A stretch of DNA of 64,000 nucleotides, from contig NZ_CAUUSI010000004.1 in NCBI RefSeq assembly GCF_963547875.1, positions 18,635 to 82,634 on the forward strand, in the 5' to 3' direction. How positions within the stretch are numbered: position 1 is the first letter of the stretch; every line of letters begins with the position of its first letter. The stretch is from Lancefieldella parvula. GTDB lineage: Bacteria; Actinomycetota; Coriobacteriia; Coriobacteriales; Atopobiaceae. Below, piece by piece: positions 39,291 to 46,619 of this stretch. The translations under genes were made by a program, and so were the position numbers. The notes under the pieces were generated by a model that searched no databases, was not told the DNA's origin, and saw nothing but the letters and a program-made list of their open reading frames with translations.

Positions 39291-40232
39291 TTAGTTGCCT
39301 CCGTTGGAGCCGTTTGAGCCAGAACCGTTAGATCCGCTTTTGGTGCCGCTGTTAGAGCCAGAGTTCTGATTGGAACCAGAATTGCTGCTTGAGCTGCCTG
39401 TTCCGGAGTTGTTGCTGGAAGAGTTGCTCTCCGATGAGTTGTTTGAACTGCTAGAATCGCTTGTCTTTTCCGAGCTAGACGAGCTGTCGGAGCTGGTGGT
39501 CTCCGATTTCTTGGAGTCAGTGCTCTCGGAAGAAGAATCCTTGGAATCAGTGGACTTGCTAGACTCGTCGGTCTTCTCGCTAGAAGAGCTGGAGTCGTTC
39601 TTCTTATCCGTTGAATTGCTGGTATCCGCAGTTTTTTCTGTCACAACTGGGGTAGTGCTGACCTTTGGTCCAAGACCGGATCCGTCGGTGATATAGCTGA
39701 GGAACATAGCGTAAAGAATGACGGCAGAAATGGTAAAGATAATCGAAATAATGGTCACGATAGTCAGCGCTCTTACACGCTTGCGCGACAACTTTGGCGC
39801 GCGATTTACCTGCGAAGACTGTCCCGCGGTAGAAGCGGCGTTGGAATAATAATCGCGAGAAGGTGCGTATTGGGGTTGAGGCATGTACTGCGTGCCCTCG
39901 AGCGTGTTCTGATTGCTGTCAGAATATGTCTGCTGGTTGTAGTCATCGTTGTCGCTGCTACGGAACTTGTGCGTGGAGCGCCTAATAACGTTCTGGTAAA
40001 TCTGCGAGGCAAGCGCCGACGCAGCGGCACCAACGGCCACGCCGATGATTGAGCCAGCAATACCAATCTGGTTTGACAACACAAATGCGGTTACCGCAGC
40101 AAGCGACGTTGCCAAAATTTGGGTAATCGAGACATCCTTCAGAAGGCCGGGTTTCTCGTCTGCCGCTTCATCTGTAGGTTGAGCAGGCGACGCAAGTCGA
40201 GTTTTGTCTGCATCAAAGTGCTTATAGCTCAC
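39291..40232 (-). CDS. Hypothetical membrane protein with an extreme Ser-rich low-complexity C-terminal region
   Basis: The GTG start follows AAAGGAG. Two hydrophobic segments are present. The last ~115 aa are almost entirely S/N/G/D/E/K/T. Confidence 0.6.
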   Translation of the reverse strand: MSYKHFDADKTRLASPAQPTDEAADEKPGLLKDVSITQILATSLAAVTAFVLSNQIGIAGSIIGVAVGAAASALASQIYQNVIRRSTHKFRSSDNDDYNQQTYSDSNQNTLEGTQYMPQPQYAPSRDYYSNAASTAGQSSQVNRAPKLSRKRVRALTIVTIISIIFTISAVILYAMFLSYITDGSGLGPKVSTTPVVTEKTADTSNSTDKKNDSSSSSEKTDESSKSTDSKDSSSESTDSKKSETTSSDSSSSSEKTSDSSSSNNSSESNSSSNNSGTGSSSSNSGSNQNSGSNSGTKSGSNGSGSNGSNGGN

Positions 40233-40315
40233 AAGATGCTCCTTTCTTCGAACTGATAGCCTACCTCATTTTTGTGAAGAAGTAATGTTTCGTCGCTAAA
40301 TCGCAACATCAGTTG

Positions 40316-40340
40316 GCGAGAAACCCGTCGGGTTTCTCGC
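40316..40340. repeat. REP-like hairpin GCGAGAAACCC-gtc-GGGTTTCTCGC
   Basis: A perfect 11-bp stem sits in a divergent promoter gap. The same 12-13-mer recurs at 18494, 37603 and 43087. Confidence 0.7.
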
Positions 40341-40427
40341 GGTGTTTTGTTAAAAACGACCCTATCAATGGTGATGAAACAAGGTATCATTTATATGTAT
40401 CAGTTTTCCGTCAAACGGAGGTTTAGC

Positions 40428-41300
40428 ATGCTTGTAAGCGCAAAAGCCATGCTCCAGAGTGCCGAGAAGGGTCACTATGGCATCGGCGCATTCAACGAGA
40501 ACAACCTTGAGTGGACCGCAGCAATCCTTGATGCAGCAGAAGAGCTTCAGTCTCCTGTCATCATTCAGTGCACCAGCGGCGCAGCAAAGTGGCAGGTAAG
40601 CTACCGCGTTGTTGCAGATATGGTTCGTCGTCTTGTTGAGGACAAGAACATCACTGTTCCAGTTGCTCTCCATCTTGACCACGGTTCATACGAGGATGCA
40701 TTCAAGTGCATCGAGGCTGGATTTACTTCCATCATGTATGACGGTTCTCACGAGCCTGATTTTGAGACCAACCTTAAGCGTACCGAAGAGGTCGTAAAGG
40801 CAGCTCACGCAAAGGGTATTTCTGTTGAGGCTGAGGTCGGCGGCATCGGCGGCACCGAGGATGGCGTTACCGCTAAGGGTGAGCTTGCTGATCCTGAGCA
40901 GTGCGCAAAGATTGCTGACCTGGGCGTTGACTTCCTTGCTTGCGGTATCGGCAACATTCACGGCATCTACCCAGCTAACTGGGAGGGCCTCTCCTTCGAT
41001 CAGCTCAAGGCTATCAAGGAGCGCGTCGGTGATCTTCCACTTGTTCTCCACGGTGGTACCGGCATTCCTGTAGAGCAGGTTCAGAAGGCTATCTCTATGG
41101 GCATCTCCAAGATCAACGTCAATACCGACCTTCAGCTTGTCTTTGCTGAGGCAACCAAGAAGTACGTTGAGGCTGGCCTTGTTGACAACGGCAAGGGCTA
41201 CGATCCTCGTAAGCTCCTGAAGCCTGGTCGTGAGGCAATCGTCGAGCGTACCAAGGAGCTCATCCGCGAGTTTGGTTCCGACGGTAAGGCTTGGAACTAA
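40428..41300 (+). CDS. fba: Class II fructose-1,6-bisphosphate aldolase
   Basis: The motifs GAFNENNLEW, VALHLDHG and LVLHGGTGIP are present. The start at MLVSAKAML follows a GGAGG RBS. Confidence 0.92.
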   Translation: MLVSAKAMLQSAEKGHYGIGAFNENNLEWTAAILDAAEELQSPVIIQCTSGAAKWQVSYRVVADMVRRLVEDKNITVPVALHLDHGSYEDAFKCIEAGFTSIMYDGSHEPDFETNLKRTEEVVKAAHAKGISVEAEVGGIGGTEDGVTAKGELADPEQCAKIADLGVDFLACGIGNIHGIYPANWEGLSFDQLKAIKERVGDLPLVLHGGTGIPVEQVQKAISMGISKINVNTDLQLVFAEATKKYVEAGLVDNGKGYDPRKLLKPGREAIVERTKELIREFGSDGKAWN

Positions 41301-41377
41301 CCTTCGACATGCGCTGAGCGCGGGCGTCGATGCGATGGCGTGCGATGCGACAGCGCGTTCTTGCTGCTAGTTAAAGC

Positions 41378-41410
41378 AACGGACCTGGATTTTCTCCAGG
41401 TCCGTTTTTT
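41378..41410 (+). terminator. Rho-independent terminator of fba
   Basis: AACGGACCTGGA-ttttc-TCCAGGTCCGTT followed by TTTTTGTT. Confidence 0.75.
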
Positions 41411-41491
41411 GTTGGGCACGGTACGCGCGAAAGACGTGCACCTAGCACGCCCTTCTCGCGAGAGGCGGTTGATGTGTTTGATGTGAGTTAT

Positions 41492-41621
41492 AATGCGCGC
41501 CTGAAAAGTGAAAAGATTCTGTGGATTTTGCCTAAATTCGTCAAAGAGTCTGTGGATTTGCCTGATTTTGTCAAAGATTCTGTGGCCGTTTTACAGATTC
41601 TTTTAACTTTTTAGGCAACTT
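41492..41621. repeat. Left 130-bp terminal inverted repeat containing three ~31-bp sub-repeats
   Basis: It aligns ungapped to the reverse complement of 42920-43049 at 108/130 positions (hand count). The sub-repeat core is AAAGAKTCTGTGG, found at ~41512, 41543 and 41573. Confidence 0.85.
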
Positions 41622-41653
41622 TTATACAAGGAAGATTAGATTTTCGCGCCTCA

Positions 41654-42889
41654 GTGCATTCTCACAGAAAAATGAAAATTACGAATTTGGCGCAAATTGA
41701 ATTTGACCGAAATTTGACCGAGAATACGTCGCATGGAAGGTCTAACGCTACTAGCTGGGCATTTAGGAGCAATGATTTTCTGATAGATATCCCTAACCTG
41801 CAGTTTTACAACAAATGGCGCTTATCTACAATCAGCGACTTGGGTTGCAAGTTTTTCTTAAGAAAATACTATTGGCTTATGGAATTTTATCTATCACATA
41901 CAACAGCTTTACAATTATTCCGTGCTATGAGAATTAAGGGTCACGGACTGATTCACCATGACTCGCCAAGTGCCGGAATTCATACAGAGTCTTTAACTTT
42001 GGAAATTGATCAAATCAAGAAAGAGGTATTTTCCAATCTAGGAATAATGCTGGCTAATCCAATTGAATTGGTGGTTGACGAGAAGAAAAGGACTTACCGA
42101 TCGAGTGAAATAAAATTTCATACTTCGTCCCATTTTGCCCAGACATCATGTATGGAACTAACTCTCGGTAAATTAGCAATTAAAGTGGCATCACCTTTTG
42201 AACTCATGATTGAATTGGCCCAGGAACAAACGTTACTAGAAACCGTGATGCTAATTTCAGAATTTCAAGGCAGGTTTGCCATCGATCCATCTACCTCTGA
42301 ATTAAGATCTAATTGGTATGAACCTGTCTTTCAAAAGACAGACTTTGAGCGTTATTTGTCTTCAGTATCTGGATGCCGCGGAATAAGGAATGCTAGATTG
42401 GCGTCTTTTTATTCTTTTGAAAATGCCGCTTCTCCGATGGAAGTAAAGCTTGCTCTTCGCGCTTCGCTTCCTATGTCTGCAGGTGGTTATGCAATTCCTA
42501 AGGTTGAGCTAAATAAGGAAGTACGGATTCAGCAATTAAAGAGCAGGAAGTCTACGGAGAAAACAAGGGCTATTGATTTATTACTTTCAAAAGGTGACTG
42601 CAATGCAGATACAAATAGACAGGCAGCCATTGAATATAATGGCGCTGTACATGAATTAGCAGATGTTTCAATGCGCGACTATCAACGTAATAATGAGCTC
42701 GTTTCAGCTGGCATATTGGAGTTCGTTATTGGGAAAGCTGAGTATGACGACATCATTTTTATGGATAACATGTTTAATTCAATTAGAAATCAGCTGGAAA
42801 TGCCAAGAAGACACACATCACCTGATCGCAGAAAAATGGAAAGAGCAAAAAGAATTAAATTGTGGAGCGAATTAGAAAAGCTTCGTTAA
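41654..42889 (+). CDS. DUF559-like (PD-(D/E)xK fold) protein with an AbiEi-like N-terminal region; start uncertain (41654, 41672 or 41879)
   Basis: The motifs FYLSHTTALQLF, IKVASPFELMIELA and AASPMEVKLALRA..GGYAIPKVE are present. The C-terminus reads AIDLL...AIEYNGAVH...RDYQRNNELVSAGILEFVI. Sampled lines are ~35% GC. This is motif-level recognition only. Confidence 0.55.
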   Translation: MHSHRKMKITNLAQIEFDRNLTENTSHGRSNATSWAFRSNDFLIDIPNLQFYNKWRLSTISDLGCKFFLRKYYWLMEFYLSHTTALQLFRAMRIKGHGLIHHDSPSAGIHTESLTLEIDQIKKEVFSNLGIMLANPIELVVDEKKRTYRSSEIKFHTSSHFAQTSCMELTLGKLAIKVASPFELMIELAQEQTLLETVMLISEFQGRFAIDPSTSELRSNWYEPVFQKTDFERYLSSVSGCRGIRNARLASFYSFENAASPMEVKLALRASLPMSAGGYAIPKVELNKEVRIQQLKSRKSTEKTRAIDLLLSKGDCNADTNRQAAIEYNGAVHELADVSMRDYQRNNELVSAGILEFVIGKAEYDDIIFMDNMFNSIRNQLEMPRRHTSPDRRKMERAKRIKLWSELEKLR

Positions 42890-42919
42890 AGTCATGGCAA
42901 GTGAGCCTGAGGCCCTTTT

Positions 42920-43049
42920 AAGTTGCCTAAAAAGTACAAAGAATCTGTAAATCTGACACAGATTCTTTAACGAAATCAGGCAAATCCACAGATTCTTTGA
43001 TGCTTTTAGGCAAAAGTTACAGATTTTTTGCAGAAATCAGGCGCGCATT
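42920..43049. repeat. Right 130-bp terminal inverted repeat
   Basis: It is the mirror of 41492-41621, running from AAGTTGCCTAAAAAG to TCAGGCGCGCATT. Confidence 0.85.
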
Positions 43050-43166
43050 CGGAACACATCTGGCGCACTCCTGGTGCGCCCTTCTCGCGAGAAACCCGGT
43101 GCACTCCGGGGTTTTCTCGCTGTGCAAGTCCCACCGCACACGACAATAAAAGCGCAGTTTAAACGC

Positions 43167-43619
43167 TTACTCAGCAGTAGGGTTATCGGCGGGGGAGACG
43201 TGCATGTTGCCTTCGTTGCGGGCGATGTCCGCAAGCGTCTTGCTATCCAGGAAACTGGAGGTCATGCGGCCAAGGTCGCGCCAGATGTTGATGGTGGTGC
43301 AAGACTCCATCTGAGGACAAAGTGTGGTGTTTGTGCAGTTCAGGCAGCTAGCGGGAGCAAGATTTCCCTCAGCCGCGCGAAGAATCTCACCCAGCGTGTA
43401 GTCCTCGGGCTTGCGCGTGAGTCGATAGCCGCCGCCCTTTCCACGCAGGCTCTCAACGTATCCCGCCTTGTGCATCAGGGCAATGACCTGCTCAAGGTAC
43501 TTGCGCGAGATGTTCTGGCGCTCGGAAACATCGCCCAGCGAGACCCAGCCGTCGTGAACGGCCAGGTCAGCCATTGCGCGAAGTGCGTACATTCCCTTTG
43601 TAGAGAACATTCCGGCCAC
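43167..43619 (-). CDS. Rrf2-family (IscR-like) transcriptional regulator with a Cys cluster
   Basis: The wHTH region is KGMYALRAMADLA...ISRKYLEQVIALMHKAGYVESLRGKGGGYRL, and the cysteines occur as CLNC...C...C. It is the last gene of the suf operon. The start is either the GTG at 43619 or the ATG at 43610. Confidence 0.85.
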   Translation of the reverse strand: MAGMFSTKGMYALRAMADLAVHDGWVSLGDVSERQNISRKYLEQVIALMHKAGYVESLRGKGGGYRLTRKPEDYTLGEILRAAEGNLAPASCLNCTNTTLCPQMESCTTINIWRDLGRMTSSFLDSKTLADIARNEGNMHVSPADNPTAE

Positions 43620-43621
43620 GA

Positions 43622-44122
43622 CTACTCGCCGTCCTTGGCGCTGCCGCTATCCGCGTCCTCGGTGGTAGATGCGCCAGCTGCGGCGGAACCGCTGTTGTGA
43701 GCCTCGAGCATCTCCTCGAGCGTGTGCCATGCCAGCTCAGCGCACTTAACGCGTGCAGGCATGTGTGCGATGTCGTGCAGAATGTTGGCGTCTTCCAGCT
43801 GATCAAGCACAGCCTCGTCAGTCTCTTCTCCGCGAATCATGCGCCCAAAGAGTTTGCAGAGCTCAATAGCCTCTTCTGGAGTGCGGTCAATCATCAGGTC
43901 GCTCATGATGTCGGCGGACGCCTGAGAGATTGCGCATCCGCTACCCACAAAAGCAGCCTCGGCAATCTTTCCGTCCTCAATACGCACGGAAAACGTCAGC
44001 TCATCGCCACAAGAAGGATTAACGCCCTCGTGAGAAACGGTAGGGTTGTCCATCTGATATTTGTAATCGGGGTGAGAAACGTGGTCCATAAACTCAGCGT
44101 TATACAGGTCGTTTGCTGCCAC
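43622..44122 (-). CDS. sufU: SufU/IscU-type Fe-S cluster assembly scaffold or sulfur acceptor
   Basis: The motifs NPSCGDELTF, GSGCAISQASA and ARVKCAELAW are present. The GTG start follows AAGGAG. Confidence 0.9.
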   Translation of the reverse strand: MAANDLYNAEFMDHVSHPDYKYQMDNPTVSHEGVNPSCGDELTFSVRIEDGKIAEAAFVGSGCAISQASADIMSDLMIDRTPEEAIELCKLFGRMIRGEETDEAVLDQLEDANILHDIAHMPARVKCAELAWHTLEEMLEAHNSGSAAAGASTTEDADSGSAKDGE

Positions 44123-44139
44123 TTATTTCAACTCCTTGT

Positions 44140-45411
44140 TTATTTGCTGCTGACCGCGCTGCCAAAGATCTTCCATACCTGGTTAAGACCCTCGATCAGC
44201 TGGTCAATGTCGTGTTTATCGTTGTAGAACGCAACGGATGCGCGGCAGGTGCTGGACTCGTGCAGCTCAATCAAAAGCGGCTCGGCACAGTGATGACCAG
44301 CGCGAATGCAAACGTTGTTCATGTCCAGGATGCTCGAGACGTCGTGTGGATGAACGCCGCGCACGTTAAACGCCACAGCGCCCACGTGGTTCTGTCCCAG
44401 CTTAGAGCCTACGATGTCAACAAAGTCCAGCGTGCACAGTTGCTGCACCAAGTACCTGGCGAGAAGTTCTTCTCGCTTCTCGATCTTTGCCATGTCCAAG
44501 CCGTTAAGGTATTCGACAGCGGCGCCGGTAGCGTAGATACCTGCGGCGTCCTGCGTACCAGCCTCAAACTTCTCGGGAACAGGAGCCCAAACGGCGCTGG
44601 TTTCGGTGACAGAATCGATCATCTCGCCGCCAGTAAGGAACGGTGGCATGGCATCAAGCAGCTCGGCGCGACCCCAGAGCACGCCAATGCCCATAGGTCC
44701 GCACATCTTGTGTGCCGAGAAGGCCAACAAGTCGCAGTCAAGATCATGCACGTCAATAGGGATGTGGGGCGCTGATTGAGCGGCGTCAACAACCATGTAG
44801 GCACCCATGGTGTGAGCGCGCTTAGCAATGGCCTTGATGTCGTTACGGGTACCCAACACGTTGGAAACATGTGTGACAGATACAATTTTGGCGCGCTCAG
44901 TAATCTTTGATGCAATCTCTTCAGGCGTAATCTGGTACTGCGAATTCATGCGCAGGTACACAAGGTTAGCGCCGGTAGCTTTACAAATCTGCTGCCATGG
45001 GATGATATTGGAGTGGTGTTCCATAATGGAAATAACCACGTCATCGCCTGGCTTGAGTGCATAGCGGCCAAGGCTTGAAGCAACCAGATTAAGCGCCTCA
45101 GAAGTGTTGCGCGTAAAGATAATCTGATGGTCTTCTGGCTTGCCGTTTTTATCAACAGCACCAATGAACTTTGCAATCGAAGTACGAGCACCCTCGATAG
45201 CTGCGGTTGCTTCAACACTCCAACGATACAATCCACGCAGTGCGTTTGCGTTCATGGTCTCGTAAAAGCGAGACTGCGCTTCAATAACCGCACGGGGACG
45301 CTGAGAAGTAGCGGCGCTATCCAAGTAAGCTACCTCGGGATTTGCTGCCAAAAGCGGAAAATCTGCCTTGTAAGGGTTATCGGTAATCTGAGCAACTTCT
45401 GCGTCGGTCAT
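44140..45411 (-). CDS. sufS: Cysteine desulfurase SufS
   Basis: The motifs LDSAATSQRP, SAHKMCGPMGIG (PLP lysine) and RAGHHCAEPL (catalytic Cys) are present. Confidence 0.92.
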   Translation of the reverse strand: MTDAEVAQITDNPYKADFPLLAANPEVAYLDSAATSQRPRAVIEAQSRFYETMNANALRGLYRWSVEATAAIEGARTSIAKFIGAVDKNGKPEDHQIIFTRNTSEALNLVASSLGRYALKPGDDVVISIMEHHSNIIPWQQICKATGANLVYLRMNSQYQITPEEIASKITERAKIVSVTHVSNVLGTRNDIKAIAKRAHTMGAYMVVDAAQSAPHIPIDVHDLDCDLLAFSAHKMCGPMGIGVLWGRAELLDAMPPFLTGGEMIDSVTETSAVWAPVPEKFEAGTQDAAGIYATGAAVEYLNGLDMAKIEKREELLARYLVQQLCTLDFVDIVGSKLGQNHVGAVAFNVRGVHPHDVSSILDMNNVCIRAGHHCAEPLLIELHESSTCRASVAFYNDKHDIDQLIEGLNQVWKIFGSAVSSK

Positions 45412-46619
45412 TACGCGACACCACCTTTATTGGAATCAGCTTCAGCGCCGGAATCCCTGCCATCGCTGGCAGCCAGGGAGTTGCCAGCTGCGTCGTCACT
45501 AGCTGCAGCTTCGTCATAGTCGTGAGCAATTTCTGCGCCCAGCTCAGTCTCGCAACGCTCAACAGCCACGCGGTGAGAAATCTCTTCGGGTGCATTAATG
45601 ATGGCGTCTTCAAAGAGCGCGCGTACAAAGAGCTGCTCAGCAGCCTGGCGAGAAAGTCCTCGAGCTGCAAGATAATCAAGCTGCTCAGGGGAGACAGAAC
45701 CGATAGTAGCGCCGTGGTTACCGGCAACATCATCTTCATCGCAGAGAATAACAGGCATGGTCTTGTTGACAACGTCGTCACCAAGAATCATAACCGTTTC
45801 AATCTCGTTGCCCTGGGCATCCTTTGCACCGCGGACAAGATCAATAGTTGCGCGAAGCGTCTTCTTAGCTGCCTCGTTAAGGACGCCGGACTCGGTGAGC
45901 TGCGCGCGCGTAGAGGTACCACGCATGCGTACCAGGTGGTTAATATCAAGCGTCTCTTCGTGAGTAGCGTGATAGCGATTGTTAAGGTCAAGGCGGGCTC
46001 GAGCGCCAACTAAGTTGGCGGTAAGGCCAAGACCAATGGTTGATCCACCCAGAGCATATTGCTTAACGTCAACAGCAGCGTTCTGGTGAATCTCAAGGCC
46101 AACGCTTTCAAGGTGTTGCTGGCCCTCGTTGACGCCAAGCATCTCAATAAGGTGCAGCTTGGCACCAGCCTCAACCACAATGCGGGTGAGTGCAGCGCTG
46201 GTTGGAAGCGCGTCGCTGGAAGCACTCGCGTCGTCGTTCGCGTCGTTGCCTGCAGGTGCGTCGCCCGCGTCGCCTGCAAAAGCAGCGATAACTACGGTAG
46301 CCTCAGCGCCTTCACGCACAATAACGCCGGTGTTAGCGCACTTGTTTTGAGCTGCAGAAACAGCAACAACAATAGGATCTTCTCGCTTGGTATGAGCGGG
46401 AACATTGTAGAAATCAGACTTAAATGCCTGAGACTCTACGTAGTCAGTAACCTCCTGGCCCATTCCACACTCAATGCGCTCAAAAAGGCGAGGCAGAGGC
46501 AGGTACACTTTGCCTGCATCAGCGTGATTTGGGACAGAAACTGACAGTGAGTTAGCGCGTAGACGGTTCCATGTCTGAGCTGCAGGAACGTTGGCGCGAT
46601 TAATCAAAACGTTATCCAT
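45411..46619 (-). CDS. sufD: Fe-S cluster assembly protein SufD
   Basis: It sits between sufB and sufS. A beta-helix SufD-like C-terminal block is present (GATIGSVSPEQLDYLAARGLS). Its start and stop overlap the neighbouring genes. Confidence 0.85.
   Translation of the reverse strand: MDNVLINRANVPAAQTWNRLRANSLSVSVPNHADAGKVYLPLPRLFERIECGMGQEVTDYVESQAFKSDFYNVPAHTKREDPIVVAVSAAQNKCANTGVIVREGAEATVVIAAFAGDAGDAPAGNDANDDASASSDALPTSAALTRIVVEAGAKLHLIEMLGVNEGQQHLESVGLEIHQNAAVDVKQYALGGSTIGLGLTANLVGARARLDLNNRYHATHEETLDINHLVRMRGTSTRAQLTESGVLNEAAKKTLRATIDLVRGAKDAQGNEIETVMILGDDVVNKTMPVILCDEDDVAGNHGATIGSVSPEQLDYLAARGLSRQAAEQLFVRALFEDAIINAPEEISHRVAVERCETELGAEIAHDYDEAAASDDAAGNSLAASDGRDSGAEADSNKGGVA

Larger units (their letters stand above)
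41449..43092. mobile_element. Candidate single-gene mobile/selfish cassette: 15-bp direct repeats, 130-bp imperfect TIRs and an AT-rich ORF
   Basis: See the TIR and ORF features below. The direct repeat GCCCTTCTCGCGAGA occurs at 41449-41463 and 43078-43092, each 28 bp outside a TIR. No canonical transposase was recognised, so element status is inference. Confidence 0.4.

Noticed and set aside
39097-39294. Ala-rich 65-aa ORF, plus the Ala-rich N-terminal extension of the aminopeptidase ORF (up to 39281)
   Set aside because: Both are translation artefacts of the GC-rich GCNGCN spacer. The aminopeptidase has a good RBS and a family-typical N-terminus at 39146.
41492-43049. Could the repeated ~31-bp units be a CRISPR array?
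   Set aside because: The units abut each other with no unique spacers and number only three per side. They are mirrored as inverted arms around an ORF, and no cas genes are present.
41492-43049. Could the ATCCACA-containing repeats mark a replication origin (DnaA-box cluster)?
   Set aside because: The cores match the DnaA box only partially. No dnaA, dnaN or AT-rich unwinding element is adjacent. The symmetric arm arrangement fits TIRs better. The idea is kept only as a remark under the sub-repeat finding.
43074-44775. Plus-strand ORFs 43074-43700 and 44113-44775 (208 and 220 aa)
   Set aside because: They are antisense shadows of the rrf2, sufU and sufS genes, with no independent signals.
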